A stretch of DNA of 64,000 nt, taken from assembly GCA_965649765.1 (NCBI GenBank), contig OZ287748.1:67456001-67520000 (forward strand). The letters are read 5' to 3'. Positions 26,970-38,976 of the stretch are shown in pieces. Under the pieces are notes generated by a model, which was not told where the DNA came from, did not search any database, and saw nothing but the letters and a program-made list of their open reading frames with translations. Source of the stretch: Bispira polyomma (lineage: Eukaryota). The first letter of the stretch is position 1, and each line of letters begins with the position of its first letter. A program made the position numbers and the translations under genes.

Positions 26970-27380
26970 TTCAGTTTAGTTTGCGTTTAATGTCGCTTTC
27001 AACACTTCGCTTTTCTTGTGTCATATTATGACGAGCAGTTCACTGGTGAAGAAAATCAGAATAGGGTAGTTGGTCAAGGTTTTCTGATTTACAAACTACT
27101 GGTCTTCAGCAAGTACTTATATATCCATCTTTCCCATATATACGTCAGGGTTAAAATTTGAACCCATGGCCATAGAGGTGGAAGGTGAGTGCATTACCAT
27201 CACTCGACGAATGCCCATCCCTATTGTTACTTGCCAATGGTAGCTGGTTGACAGTGGTGAAACTTGACCAACTAGTATACAGTAGTTTCCTCCAGCACTA
27301 AAAGCTGCCCATCGTGATATGATACATATACAATGTGTATCAGTGAAGCAACATTATTAAACCCAAAATCAAAATCAACC
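26970..27380. mobile_element. Two degenerate SINEs head to head (about 26970-27210 minus, about 27225-27380 plus) just past the channel stop codon
   Basis: tttaatgtcgctttcaaca reverse tail; gtttcctccagcac...cgtgatatga...ttaaacccaaaatcaaaatc forward tail. Confidence 0.55.
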
Positions 27381-27386
27381 TATTGT

Positions 27387-27392
27387 TTTATT
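27387..27392 (-). terminator. Candidate AATAAA polyadenylation signal of the channel gene
   Basis: tttatt on plus strand 5 nt past the stop codon; common hexamer in AT-rich DNA. Confidence 0.35.
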
Positions 27393-27397
27393 TAGCA

Positions 27398-27715
27398 TCA
27401 GAAATAATACATGAACCCTGCCCAGTATAAGATATTCAAACAGGTAAAACTAAAAGGGAATATAATCCTCGCCAGTGAGTCTATCTTGCTGACACTTAGG
27501 GAGCCCTTCTTGTTTAACGCCTTGAAGTTTCTATACTTGGCATTGCCTTTGAGGCAGTGCAAGAACATGGTCCAACACCTCTCTTTTGGTAGGGAGGAAG
27601 TGACCTCATTCACGCCTAATAAGGTATGGCCGTTGACGTCAGTGGTGACTGCACGCTGAATGCCTTGTCCGGGTATGGATTGCGCCATCAAGAGCGGTTT
27701 GACCATGTCTATCTC
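27398..27715 (-). CDS. Channel last exon: intracellular loop plus TM4 ([32 protein letters not shown])
   Basis: ttaactcaccag| phase-0 acceptor, in frame with ORF 27398..27706, TGA stop. Confidence 0.93.
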   Translation of the reverse strand, partial: EIDMVKPLLMAQSIPGQGIQRAVTTDVNGHTLLGVNEVTSSLPKERCWTMFLHCLKGNAKYRNFKALNKKGSLSVSKIDSLARIIFPFSFTCLNILYWAGFMYYF

Positions 27716-30700
27716 CTGGTGAGTTAAGAATACATAAAATAGAAAGAAATATATTAGTCAAAAAGCTTTTTATAGCAGGCATCGATATATAGATTAAAAA
27801 ACAAATGGTGCTTTATATATAGGTAAATTGTACAGGGCTGCGGTGGCCTAGTGGTTAGCAAACATTGGGCTTCACAATCACTAGTTTTTCACCTCTTGGC
27901 GGGGTGAGTTTGACTCCTGTCGATGCCTATGTGGGAACGGTGGTAGTTCTTACTGTGGGCCGCTGGTTTCACTGCAGAACCTTGATCAACTGTATGCAGT
28001 GTTTCCTCCAGCATTTCCAACTACCCGTCCCAAAAAAAACTAAACAGGTACTAGAGTGGACGTTAAATATCCCAATTTAAATTCAAATTCTAACAGGATC
28101 ATGACTGTATCCGCGATTCTGATTAGCCAAAAGTCTTCGTAAGTTTCTGTATATATAGTCCTAGGCTATTCCATCAATACCAAATGCAAACATAAGTAAG
28201 CTTGTGCATGTGTGCATTTATGACTGAAACAGGTGATTATTTTATAAATTTAATTTAAGTTTTATCTTGTTTTATTTATTTTATCATATTAGAATAGGTA
28301 TAGCAAACATCAAAGTGAAACCTTGGTATGCGCAGAATATTACCATTGATTCAAGGTTTATGTCCTCGAAGGCAAAGCCTAGGTGGGTCTTATTCTTGAA
28401 GAATGGTAAAATTCTCTTCGACTTTGTGTGTCTTACTGTTGAATCATGATAAAATTCTGCATATACCAGGGTTGAACGGGAGTTATGCCTATATTCAAAG
28501 CCTTATTATAACCTTTTCTTTTTGACTTCCCCAGTAATATTAACCAGCACCAGTAGCTGTCATTCCCCTAACTCAAGAATAAAATATAGTTTTTTTTTCA
28601 GCATCAGTAGTTAAATGTGCCACAATAAAGCACTCTAGATGTTTCACTAAAACTGACTTTTTTCTTTTCAGAAACAAATCAGAGGAAATTAGCATATAGT
28701 TGCAAAAAGCATCTCCATTAAACCACTTCAGAACCACCTGATATTGGAAAAATTCCATGTTCGCACACTTCCACAATATATCCTGTCAAATGCTAAACAC
28801 ATCCATTATTTCCGCTATTAACAAGTTTTTCCCAGTAAATAATTACTTTAGCCAAAAACAGAAGGTAGTTCTGAAAAACACCGACATGCAAAAACAACTC
28901 CATCATTCCTAAATCAAATAGTAGCACAAGTGATTTGATCCTTCCATTTCCTGTTTTTGTGATCAACTAGTTTACAAAGAGGTATTTCTGGCAAAAGACA
29001 TCAATTTCCTGTGTAGCATGTAAAGCTTATCAGAAAAGTAATTAATTATCACTTTAGAAGTAACCATTTGCTTTTGTGCTCTCCCGACTAAGATGTCATT
29101 TCCTGCCCTTTTTTTGGCTATCATCATCTGTAATTGATTTCTTGGAAAGAAATTGCATAAAAAAGCCCTCTCAAGGTGACATTGTGTCACCTGAGATAGA
29201 AATATTGTGATTGTCATTTACAGATGTGAATATCTGTGTGCTTTTAGATGCAGAGAGAAATATTAGCTTACTTATGAAACTTGTAATAAAGCCAATACTT
29301 TATCTGAACAAAATATACTATGTCTGTAACCTTTGTCTTAATAGTAAAATATGGCATCTATTTTGGGGGTAGCTGTATCCTCTTTTGTTTGTTTCTTTAC
29401 ATGTAATTAGTAAAGTTATACAGGAAACTTATAACAAAATGGAATTTTATATGTAAATACCTTTATTAGGATTAAAAGTAGCCAATAAGGAACCACCCCA
29501 CCACCGAAAATATACTAATATTATCTTTAATAGTTTGGGAATTTGCAAAAATGCTAGAGATAATGTTATTCTTTTAAATTTAAAAAAGCAGGTTGTTTTA
29601 GCAAATGCCAATGATTTTAATTTTCATGATCTTTGAGGCAACATAATCTGTGGTCTTTAATGGGTTACAATGGTTACAATGGTGGATTGCTATCAAAAAA
29701 CAGACGAGAGTTTACCCATTAGACTTTAACTTCCAAATATGACTGGCTATTTGAAGTGAACAAAATGAAACTGACATGTTTTACATAAGCCTTACAGTGT
29801 TAATATATGTTTTCATAAAGGACAAAGCAAAACATAAAAGAGAAAGAAACAACTAAAAATTACATATAGAATTACAAAAACAATCTCCTGTTAAAATTAC
29901 TTGGCAAATTATATTTTTTTTAAAAAATTATTTGGAGAAAAAGTACCATTTCCATTGCTTCAGTAACCATAGACTGCTAGTGCTGATAATTAACACTGCT
30001 AATTATCACGTTGTGGTGACGTATAGACCAATTTAAGAACAAAAGGAGTCCCCACGAAAACCTGATAAAAATCAAAGCTGAAACAAAAAAAATATCTGCT
30101 TTGTGCACGGGAGTCCGTCAAATAGAACTGGATATAGCTGTACGTAATTTTTAGTAAACTCAGGCAGTGGTTTTTTTTTCGAAGATGTCAACCTTGGATA
30201 TTTTATCTGGATAAAGACTTAAGTTAAAAATTGGCCACTGAAATCAAACACAAAATAAAAAGGTTCTGGTGAACTAGTGCAAATACAGTAAGATTGGCAG
30301 CATCTGACAATCCTAAAATAAAATTACAGGTCAATATACCTAATATTTAAAAAAACCCTTGCACATGACCTTATTACTAAAATATTTACCTATTTTTCTT
30401 GCATGAATAACAATTTTATATGTCTGCTTGGTTAAAAAAGTCTAGGGACTACAGGGTGCTTTTATTGATAATTATTTTTTTTGGATGGGAATTATACCCC
30501 ATGTTAGGGGGGTAGGGATGAGTGGTAGATGAATAAAGTTGCTGTTCTCTTAAAGTGCTGTAAATCTTATTAAACAGCTTTACATCTACTTATAGTGGAG
30601 GTTTTATGGTTGGATTATATGCATTTTTCATTGTCAGTAAGTGCCTGTTACATTATTAATGGTTGTCTATGTTTTTTTATGTTCAGACCTTGTATGAGTA

Positions 30701-33700
30701 GCTTTTCATATTAACAATAATTTAGTGCCTGGGCGGTAATAAGGCATTTTTAATCACAGAGACCATGGCATTTCACGATAGTCAACAAGAAACAGTGAGG
30801 ATCTGGAGAACCATAGGGTTTGGCCAGTCCTCGTATTATTCTCTAAACAAACTCAGGCCTCAATCACTGAGGCTCAACTCAAGTAAATGCTATGTGTGTA
30901 ACCCCTGTATACAGCTGTAAAATACACTTGTCACCATTCATTTTAATACAGCTTTCAACAGTGAATTCAAATATGAAGTCATGTTTGATGTACCTTCCCT
31001 CTCGTCAGAGATAGAGAGACATTTAGGATTTGAACTTGAGTCTGAGTTGAGCATTGGATATTTGCAGAATACGGCTCCAGGTTCACTAGACAGCGCCACA
31101 AGCCCTTTTTCCTAAATCTGGTATTATCGCCCATGGGAGCATAGAGTTTTTTATTTCATTCAACCCTGTTGGAAGTAAGTGGGCCATAGTTACATTAATC
31201 TGTAAAAAGAGGGGCTGAGACTAAAATTGACAAAAATATTATATTCTATAGCTTTTGTTGTAAACAATGGTCTTATACTACATGATTGTCTTTAAATGTA
31301 AACATCCTCTCCACTATAGTCAGACTCATTCCACAACAGGTCTTGACCTATCTCCTTGAGCTATCTTAAAAAGATCAACAGTCTCTGGACAAGGCCATCA
31401 GAGATTTGGTAAACTAGCACCCCATTAGGGGATAAGGAGGAGGTCTCCTTTTTATTACAGGTTTTGTCTTCCTCAATGAGATTCATAGATAAAGGTCAAG
31501 AGCTGACTAAGTCAGTTAACACCTCCATTCAAAGGGCCTTTCAACAACATCTCTGTTGGTGTGATTTTCTGTTGTTACTGTTTTTATCAGGCACAGAGTG
31601 GCATTGTTTTTATTCTAAACCGCCGTCTTAGAACATGCATAAGGCCTTCATGGATTGGTTGGAGGCAATCAACTCGGCAAAATTGAGAGGTGTCCGATTT
31701 ATTGTTATCTGTCACGGCCGGCCTGAGTATATAATGGTCATATCAACGTATTTCACACTGTTTGCTATGTCTTTTTAAAAGACAACTCTTGTTTAGCCAA
31801 TGAGCCGAGGAAAAAAAAACAAAAAAACAACAGGAAAAAACGAACAAGACAAAGAGCAATATTAATGCAATTAATCTTCTTTTTATTATGAGTATATTGT
31901 ACTTTTACTTATTTCCAATAATTTCTTTGCACTTTAAATACTGGAGATGCAACTTTATGGTACATAAAGCATGGCTACAATTGGTAGGCAAGTGAATAAA
32001 TTTAGTGGCAACTTGGAAGTTTATTTTATAATGCAGGCACAGTAGCTATGTTTGTACCACACTTTTTTGTCTGTCATGTATAAATATGGTCATCTGAAAC
32101 ATATCCTCAAGTCTCTACATTGGCTTCCAATTCAACAACTTATCGAATATAAGAAATTGCTACTATGTTTCAAGGCCATGCATAGTCTTGCATCTGACCA
32201 CATCACCAGTTTTTTAATCTCATATTTCCCTGATTGTTCCTTGTGCTTAGATTCACATAAACTGCTGTTAGTCCAAAAAACTAAATGTAAACCTCTTGGA
32301 TATCGTGCATTTTGCTTAGCAGTACCACGATTGCGGAACAGTGTGCCAACCTAGTTGAGACATTCTAACATGGCTTAAGAACCAAATACAAACCCTACTT
32401 ATTTAAATCAGTGTACATCTGCTAATATGTCTTAATCCTACCTTCTTATACTTTTTTCAAATTGTAAAACGCTTAGTAATAGGTGCTATTTAAATATGTG
32501 TTATGTCATGTAAGATACACCCAGTATTACCACCCATACCTTATTATAACAGGACCAACTTGTGTCCTCGACTCTGACTGGTTCAACTAATATGGACAAT
32601 CCATGACGGTTTTTTTCTTCCATAATGTTTTTATACCAAACTGGTTAAATAAAGAGCGTTTAGCGTGCACCAGTTAAGTACCATTTTAAAATTTCCGTTT
32701 CGCGATTTGTAAAATTCTTACTGGTACTTCGAGTTATGGCGAAAAACATTACATATTTTCATTAGTTACAGTTCTTTTTATCATATTTACTTTGTCTGTC
32801 TTATAGGGCTTTTCTTGCCATTTATCACCTAGCTGTTTAACCTTCTGTTATTATCGCCCACATTTCCCGTTTTACGCATTCGTTTTTCTTCTGCTATTTT
32901 CGCATTTCCTTTTCTTCTATGTGACTTAGTTCACATATTTTTATACTACAAGTGTTTTTACATAGAATAGACTACATCTTTTATTTTATTCTGTCTAGCT
33001 GTGTTTTATATTTGGTTCTTTTTCTTGCTACTGCTCCTTCACCTCTGAGATGTGGAAGTTCTGTTTAACACTTCTCCCGTGTATGATTCTGGCCGGTGTC
33101 AGATTACATAAATGGAGCGCCTGCTCTCCATCCAATACACCTTTTTTCGACCAATTTGCACTTGGTCCATCTCTACTAGCCTCTCTGGATAAGGTGAACA
33201 CTTCTTTTTTAGCCTTTCAAATTCACATTACCCGCCGTCCAAACCCCAGGGTTAACAGTATTTGGATCCCTCTGTTGACTGCGCTCTGCGAGGACGTCAG
33301 CATTAATCCGGGCCCCCCAGCATCCTTGCTTAAGATCGGTGCATTTAATGCCCGTTCCCTGCGGAATAAGGTACCTGCGGCTATCGACTTAGTCATAGCC
33401 CAGGACCTGGATGTTGCTGCCGTCTCCGAGACGTGGCTCAGCAGTAGGGATACGACATCCTTTTTATCGGATATTACTCCTCCGGGCTACAAATTTCATC
33501 AGTTCCCCATGTTGCACAAACGCGGGGGAGGAGTTGGCATTTTTGTGAAAAATACCCTTTCCTGTGAAATTCTAAAAAACCAGTCCTACTCGTCTTTCGA
33601 ACACATTTCATGCAAAATTTCAAACGGTTATCATTCATTCCTAGTTTCCTCCTTTTACAGACCACCCATCCCTTCTTTAACTAGTTTTACTCAAGAGTTT

Positions 33701-36700
33701 TCTGAATTCCTTGAGACCCTTAACCTTCTCCCATTTGAAGCTATCATCCTTGGTGATTTCAACATCAAGCTCGACATAGAAAATACTACGACAAAAGATT
33801 TCAACACCCTCCTCGACACTTTTGGGTTCTCACAGTTTATCTCTACTTCAACCCACATCCACAATCACATACTCGATCTGGTAATCGCAAGACCAAATTC
33901 AAATCTCATCAGAGAATCATGGGTAACTGATGGGATTTCAGATCACCTAGCAACCTTCGCCTATTTAAATTTACCAATACCTGCCTCACATAAACCTCGT
34001 GTCATAAAGTATAGAAACATCAGAAAAATTAATATAAACAAATTCAGAGACGATATCCTGGAAACTAATCTCATCAAACATCCATGCAAAAATGCTGAAA
34101 GCCTTAGCTTACAATACAATCACTGCCATTCTACTGTCCTTGATAAACATGCGCCATGGGTATCAAAAACCCTTCCCCCAACTAACAACCATGAATGGAC
34201 CAATGCCGCCATTACAGAAGCCAAAAGACGCAAACGCCAACTTGAGCGTCAATGGCGACGCACAAAATCCTTCTTAGACAGAAGCCGTTACCGTATTGCC
34301 TCAAATAATTACAACAGGCTAATAACTGATGCCAAAAAGCAACACTACGACTCCATCATCATCGAAAATCAGGATAATCCCAAAAGGTTATGGGCCTCCA
34401 TAAACAAAATTCTACATCGAACATCAGAGAAGGTTCTCCCCATAAACCACTGTCTTACTTTTTTAGCAGAAAAATTTGGAAATGCACAAAATCCTCCTTA
34501 GACAGAAGCCGTTACCGTATCGCCTCAAATAATTACAACAGGCTAATAACTGATGCCAAAAAGCAACACTACGACTCCATCATCATCGAAAATCAGGATA
34601 ATCCCAAAAGGTTATGGGCCTCCATAAACAAAATTCTACATCGAACATCAGAGAAGGTTCTCCCCATAAACCACTGTCTTACTTTTTTAGCAGAAAAATT
34701 TGGAAAATTTTTTATAGAAAAAATCAGCAACATTCGTGACGCCTTCCCAACGATACATCACTTCAATCCTCCAGCCCCAGGATATAAGGTTTGTAACCTG
34801 TTTCATTTTAGTACACTGTCAGAGCTTGAAGTTCTGAAACTCATCAAATTCTCTACTATTAAATCTTGTGACTTAGATCCCATCCCAGCAGTTATTCTGA
34901 GTCAATGTCTTGACATTCTTGTCACACCCATAACAAATATATTAAATTTTTCTCTTCGGGATGGTGTCTTTCCCACCTGTTTCAAGACGGCAAATGTAAC
35001 TCCCTTGATTAAAAAACAAAGGCTTGATAAAAACCATCTCAAAAACTACAGACCGGTGTCACACCTTAGCTTCGTCTCAAAAGTCATCGAGAAAGCTGTG
35101 GCTAAACAAATTTCTGACCACCTTAATAGACAAAACATTGAAAATCGCCACCAGTCTGCTTATAGAAAATTTCACTCTACAGAAAGTGCCCTTTTTTCCA
35201 TCAGCAATGATGTCAATCTTGCACTGGGCCGCAACGACACAGTGGCCCTCACCCTTCTGGATCTCTCAGCTGCATTCGACACTATTGATCATGTCCTGCT
35301 CTGCGACACTCTCAAGCAGTGGTTCGGTATAAATGGCAGTGTCCTTAAATGGATCAGATCCTACCTTACTCTTAGGGCACAAAGAATTAAACTAGATAAT
35401 CACCTATCATCTTCCATAAAACTTCCATATGGAGTACCCCAGGGATCCGTCCTTGGTCCTCTACTTTTCACCCTTTATACACATCCTCTCAGCACTGTCA
35501 TCAATAAACACAATATAAAACACCACATGTATGCAGGCGACACTCAAGTCTATTTCTCCCTCAATCCACAAAACGCAGATACTAACATAGACCTACTTGC
35601 AGACTGTCTGTCTGATGTCCAGGCGTGGATGAACTACTCCAAACTAAAGCTTAACCCTGACAAAACAGAATTCATCCTCATAGGAAACAAGAAAAACAGT
35701 GAACTCCTAAAATCTTTGTTTCCCATCTCCCTGCTGGGAAAAGACATACTACCTTCCGAAAATGCTAAAAACCTGGGTGTCACTTTTGATTCAGCTTTTT
35801 CGTTCGATACTTATGTTGCCAACATCTGTCGCTCCTGCTATTACCACATACGCGACATCAAAAGAATCAGAAACCACTTGTCCATGGACACAGCGATAAT
35901 TGTGGCAAATGCCCTTGTAAGTAGCCGCCTCGACTATTGCAATTCTCTCTTGTACGAAGCAAATAAGTCAAACATTAAAAAGCTCCAGTCCATCCAAAAC
36001 TACCTATGTAGGGTCATTTTTCGCCTGGGTTGTCGCACAGACGTTACTCCTTACCTAAAAAAATTACACTGGTTGCCCATTAAATCTCGAATTTTGTTTA
36101 AAATTCACGTTACCACTTTTAAGGCTGTAATCACTCAACAGCCACCCTACTTTGCCTCCCTTCTTTCCTTTAGTAACTGGAAGAGAGGTAACAGACTCTC
36201 TGTTACTTCGGTCAGACCAATCAGAAAGGCGGGTTTCAGAGCGTTCTCCACCGCAGCTCCACGGTTATGGAACAGTCTCCCAGTTGACCTCAGATCAGTT
36301 GACACACTTATCGGTTTTAGGAAAAAGCTTAAAACCTATCTTTTTAATCTTGCCTACCCACCTTAGCTTTCCTCGTGCACGCTCCCACTTCCTTCCTTAC
36401 AACTCTGCAATTTCCATGGACTTAATGATTGGACTAATGATTCTGCTGTTGCGCTTTAGAAGATGCCTAGCATCAATAAAGCGCGTTAAAAATCTATAAT
36501 AATAATAATAATAGTTTGTTCATAAATATGATTTAATTTAAAATACAGCAGAAATTTTGTAATTATTTTAACATGTCATGTTAGAATCAGAATTTTCCAC
36601 AGAAAACCATGAATTATACTAGAAAGTTTTATGACTTTTGTACAATTAACTGTACATATCCGGTGGTTTGAAATGGCGGTCCTATCCCGAGTGACACGCT

Positions 36701-38944
36701 GAAGATCCTTGGGGATGTTGATAAATGATCATTCTCAAGCTTCTCTCTTCAGTTACCGGAATGACAGCAACTTATACAATTGATTGTTACAGTCAGGAAA
36801 TGGTTAATTAGCACTCTGAATACCAGATGAAGGTAGATATATGTACGGAGTATAAATAAGAATTTGAATACGACAAGATCATAATATTTCAAGCCACAAC
36901 TGTAGAGATGAGAAGCAAGTGCCACATTGGGCCACCCAGCCCTTATATATAAATATATATATATACCTCATCAGACTCTGTCTCAGGTGGTGGCCCTTCT
37001 TTCTGAGTGGCTTTAGTGAAGTAATTCACCCCTGCATATTCTACCAGGGCTGCAAACACAAAACTGAAGCAGAGCAGCAGGAAAATATCCAGTGCAGTGG
37101 AGTAGGACACCTTGGGGATTCCCTCTCTTCCGGTGATGGCTATAGTACAGGTGGTCAAGAGTGTGGTTATACCTAAAAATAGACATACTTGTGTGGTTAT
37201 AACTCTGGTTATATAACAACATGTGGTTATAACAACTGTTATTGTGAAATAAATGAGGTTTGATGTATGATTTAGCCAAAAAACTATGCATCACCTTGAA
37301 ATAAATTGTTTGTACCATGTTTAAATATTCCTCTTCAATCAACCTTACTGATCCAGTATAATGTACAAAGTTTGGTTTGGCTGTTGCATCAATTACCATT
37401 TTAAGCAAGTACTAAAGTATGGTATTAAATGGTGTGTTTTGATACTATCTTACCTAATATTTTTATGCTTTTAATAAATATGATTGTCAGCTAATATAAT
37501 TTATTAAATATAATAATAGTGATATTTTAAGCCGGACAGGGTACCAGTTTTGCATATTGTTTACATTGGGGATTGATTGATGGAACAGCCCAGAGGGTTT
37601 GTTTTGGTCTGTGTCTTTTGGATTGTTTTGCATTACACAAAAAATATAACACCAAGTTAAAAGAAATTTACTGAAGAGATAGGACATGGGCCAAGAAAGA
37701 ATCCTTTAAATTTTGGAGCAGATTTGCATTCAACGGTGCACACAGGAAGTTTATCTTTTACTTTTCGAAATTCACTGTACTGCGGACCCTTCTAGCTTAG
37801 TTGATGGTTTGCAGTACTTCAGCATTCCTTTCTAACAGCATTAAATCTGGACCTCGTGACATGAACTAGTAAGCTGTTGAAAGCGACGTAAAACACACCT
37901 TAATTCGAATATTAACTAAAAGAGTAAAACAATAAACCAGCCATATAGATAGACAGTTAAAGGGGCTATTTGGTTTTCAGTCTGAATTAAACTGCAAAAA
38001 AATGTCCATTTTGAGAAAAGCTGAGTATATAATTGGTTCTATTAACGTGGACGACTCCCAAAAGAATGTTGCTGTAATTTAAGCCTTTTCTCTCCTTCCT
38101 CATTTATTTCTGCTTATCATAGATCCAAGGTTTTTATCCTCAAATACTTAAATTTAGTTACTCATACGAGGTCCCTATTCCTTTGATATACATGTAATTA
38201 GTGTATACATATACCAACAATGATGATTCTTGGAAAATTTTTTGGAGATATAGTAGAAAATACTAAGATAAATACATAATTTTGAATGCAATTTTTTTCT
38301 GATGTTGCAAAAATAATTCCAAAGAAAGTAGAGACTTATTTTTCTTTTCTATGAGATCACTTGGGTGGACTACTGACCAGGGAGTAAAGGAACCACTCCC
38401 TCCCAGCATCCTGTCAACCCCCCCCCCCCCCCACACACACACACACAAAAGATAGAGATATGGCCAAACATTCAGTGTGTTAAGAATATGATGAACTTAC
38501 TCAAAGGGGGCTGTAGGATGGGAGGAACACAGCCTTTTACAGCCATTTGGGCTTGGTAGAGAGACAAGTCGTGGAAAAGCCAATTTAGTCTGATGGGGTC
38601 TCTTTATCCCCTGGGCAACATCCCTATCCTTAACCCTCAAATGTCTTAGAGATAAGAAAAAATACTAAATTAGAAAAAAAATGGTGGGACACTTTAGGGG
38701 CACCATAAATGATAAATTTCATTTTTAAAAACATATTTAATTTGATGCTATGGTAGAGGCTTTCAACATTTCACTTAATTTGCACTGCTTTCGAGATTTT
38801 GACTATATGTTTAGCATATAAATTAATGTTTAGACAAAAGTAATCTCCATTTTGTGGAAGATATTGTATGAAAAGGTACTATTTTTAATGTGGCCTTCTA
38901 GTATAATGTAACATGGTACACACTCTAATAACTCTTGTCTGCCA

Positions 38945-38976
<32 letters not shown>

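Noticed and set aside
30990-31200. Possible cassette exon in the channel's M3-M4 loop ([19 protein letters not shown]...)
   Set aside because: The upstream acceptor frame hits TAG, the alternative exits in phase 1 while the next exon needs phase 0, and most of it overlaps MITE family A
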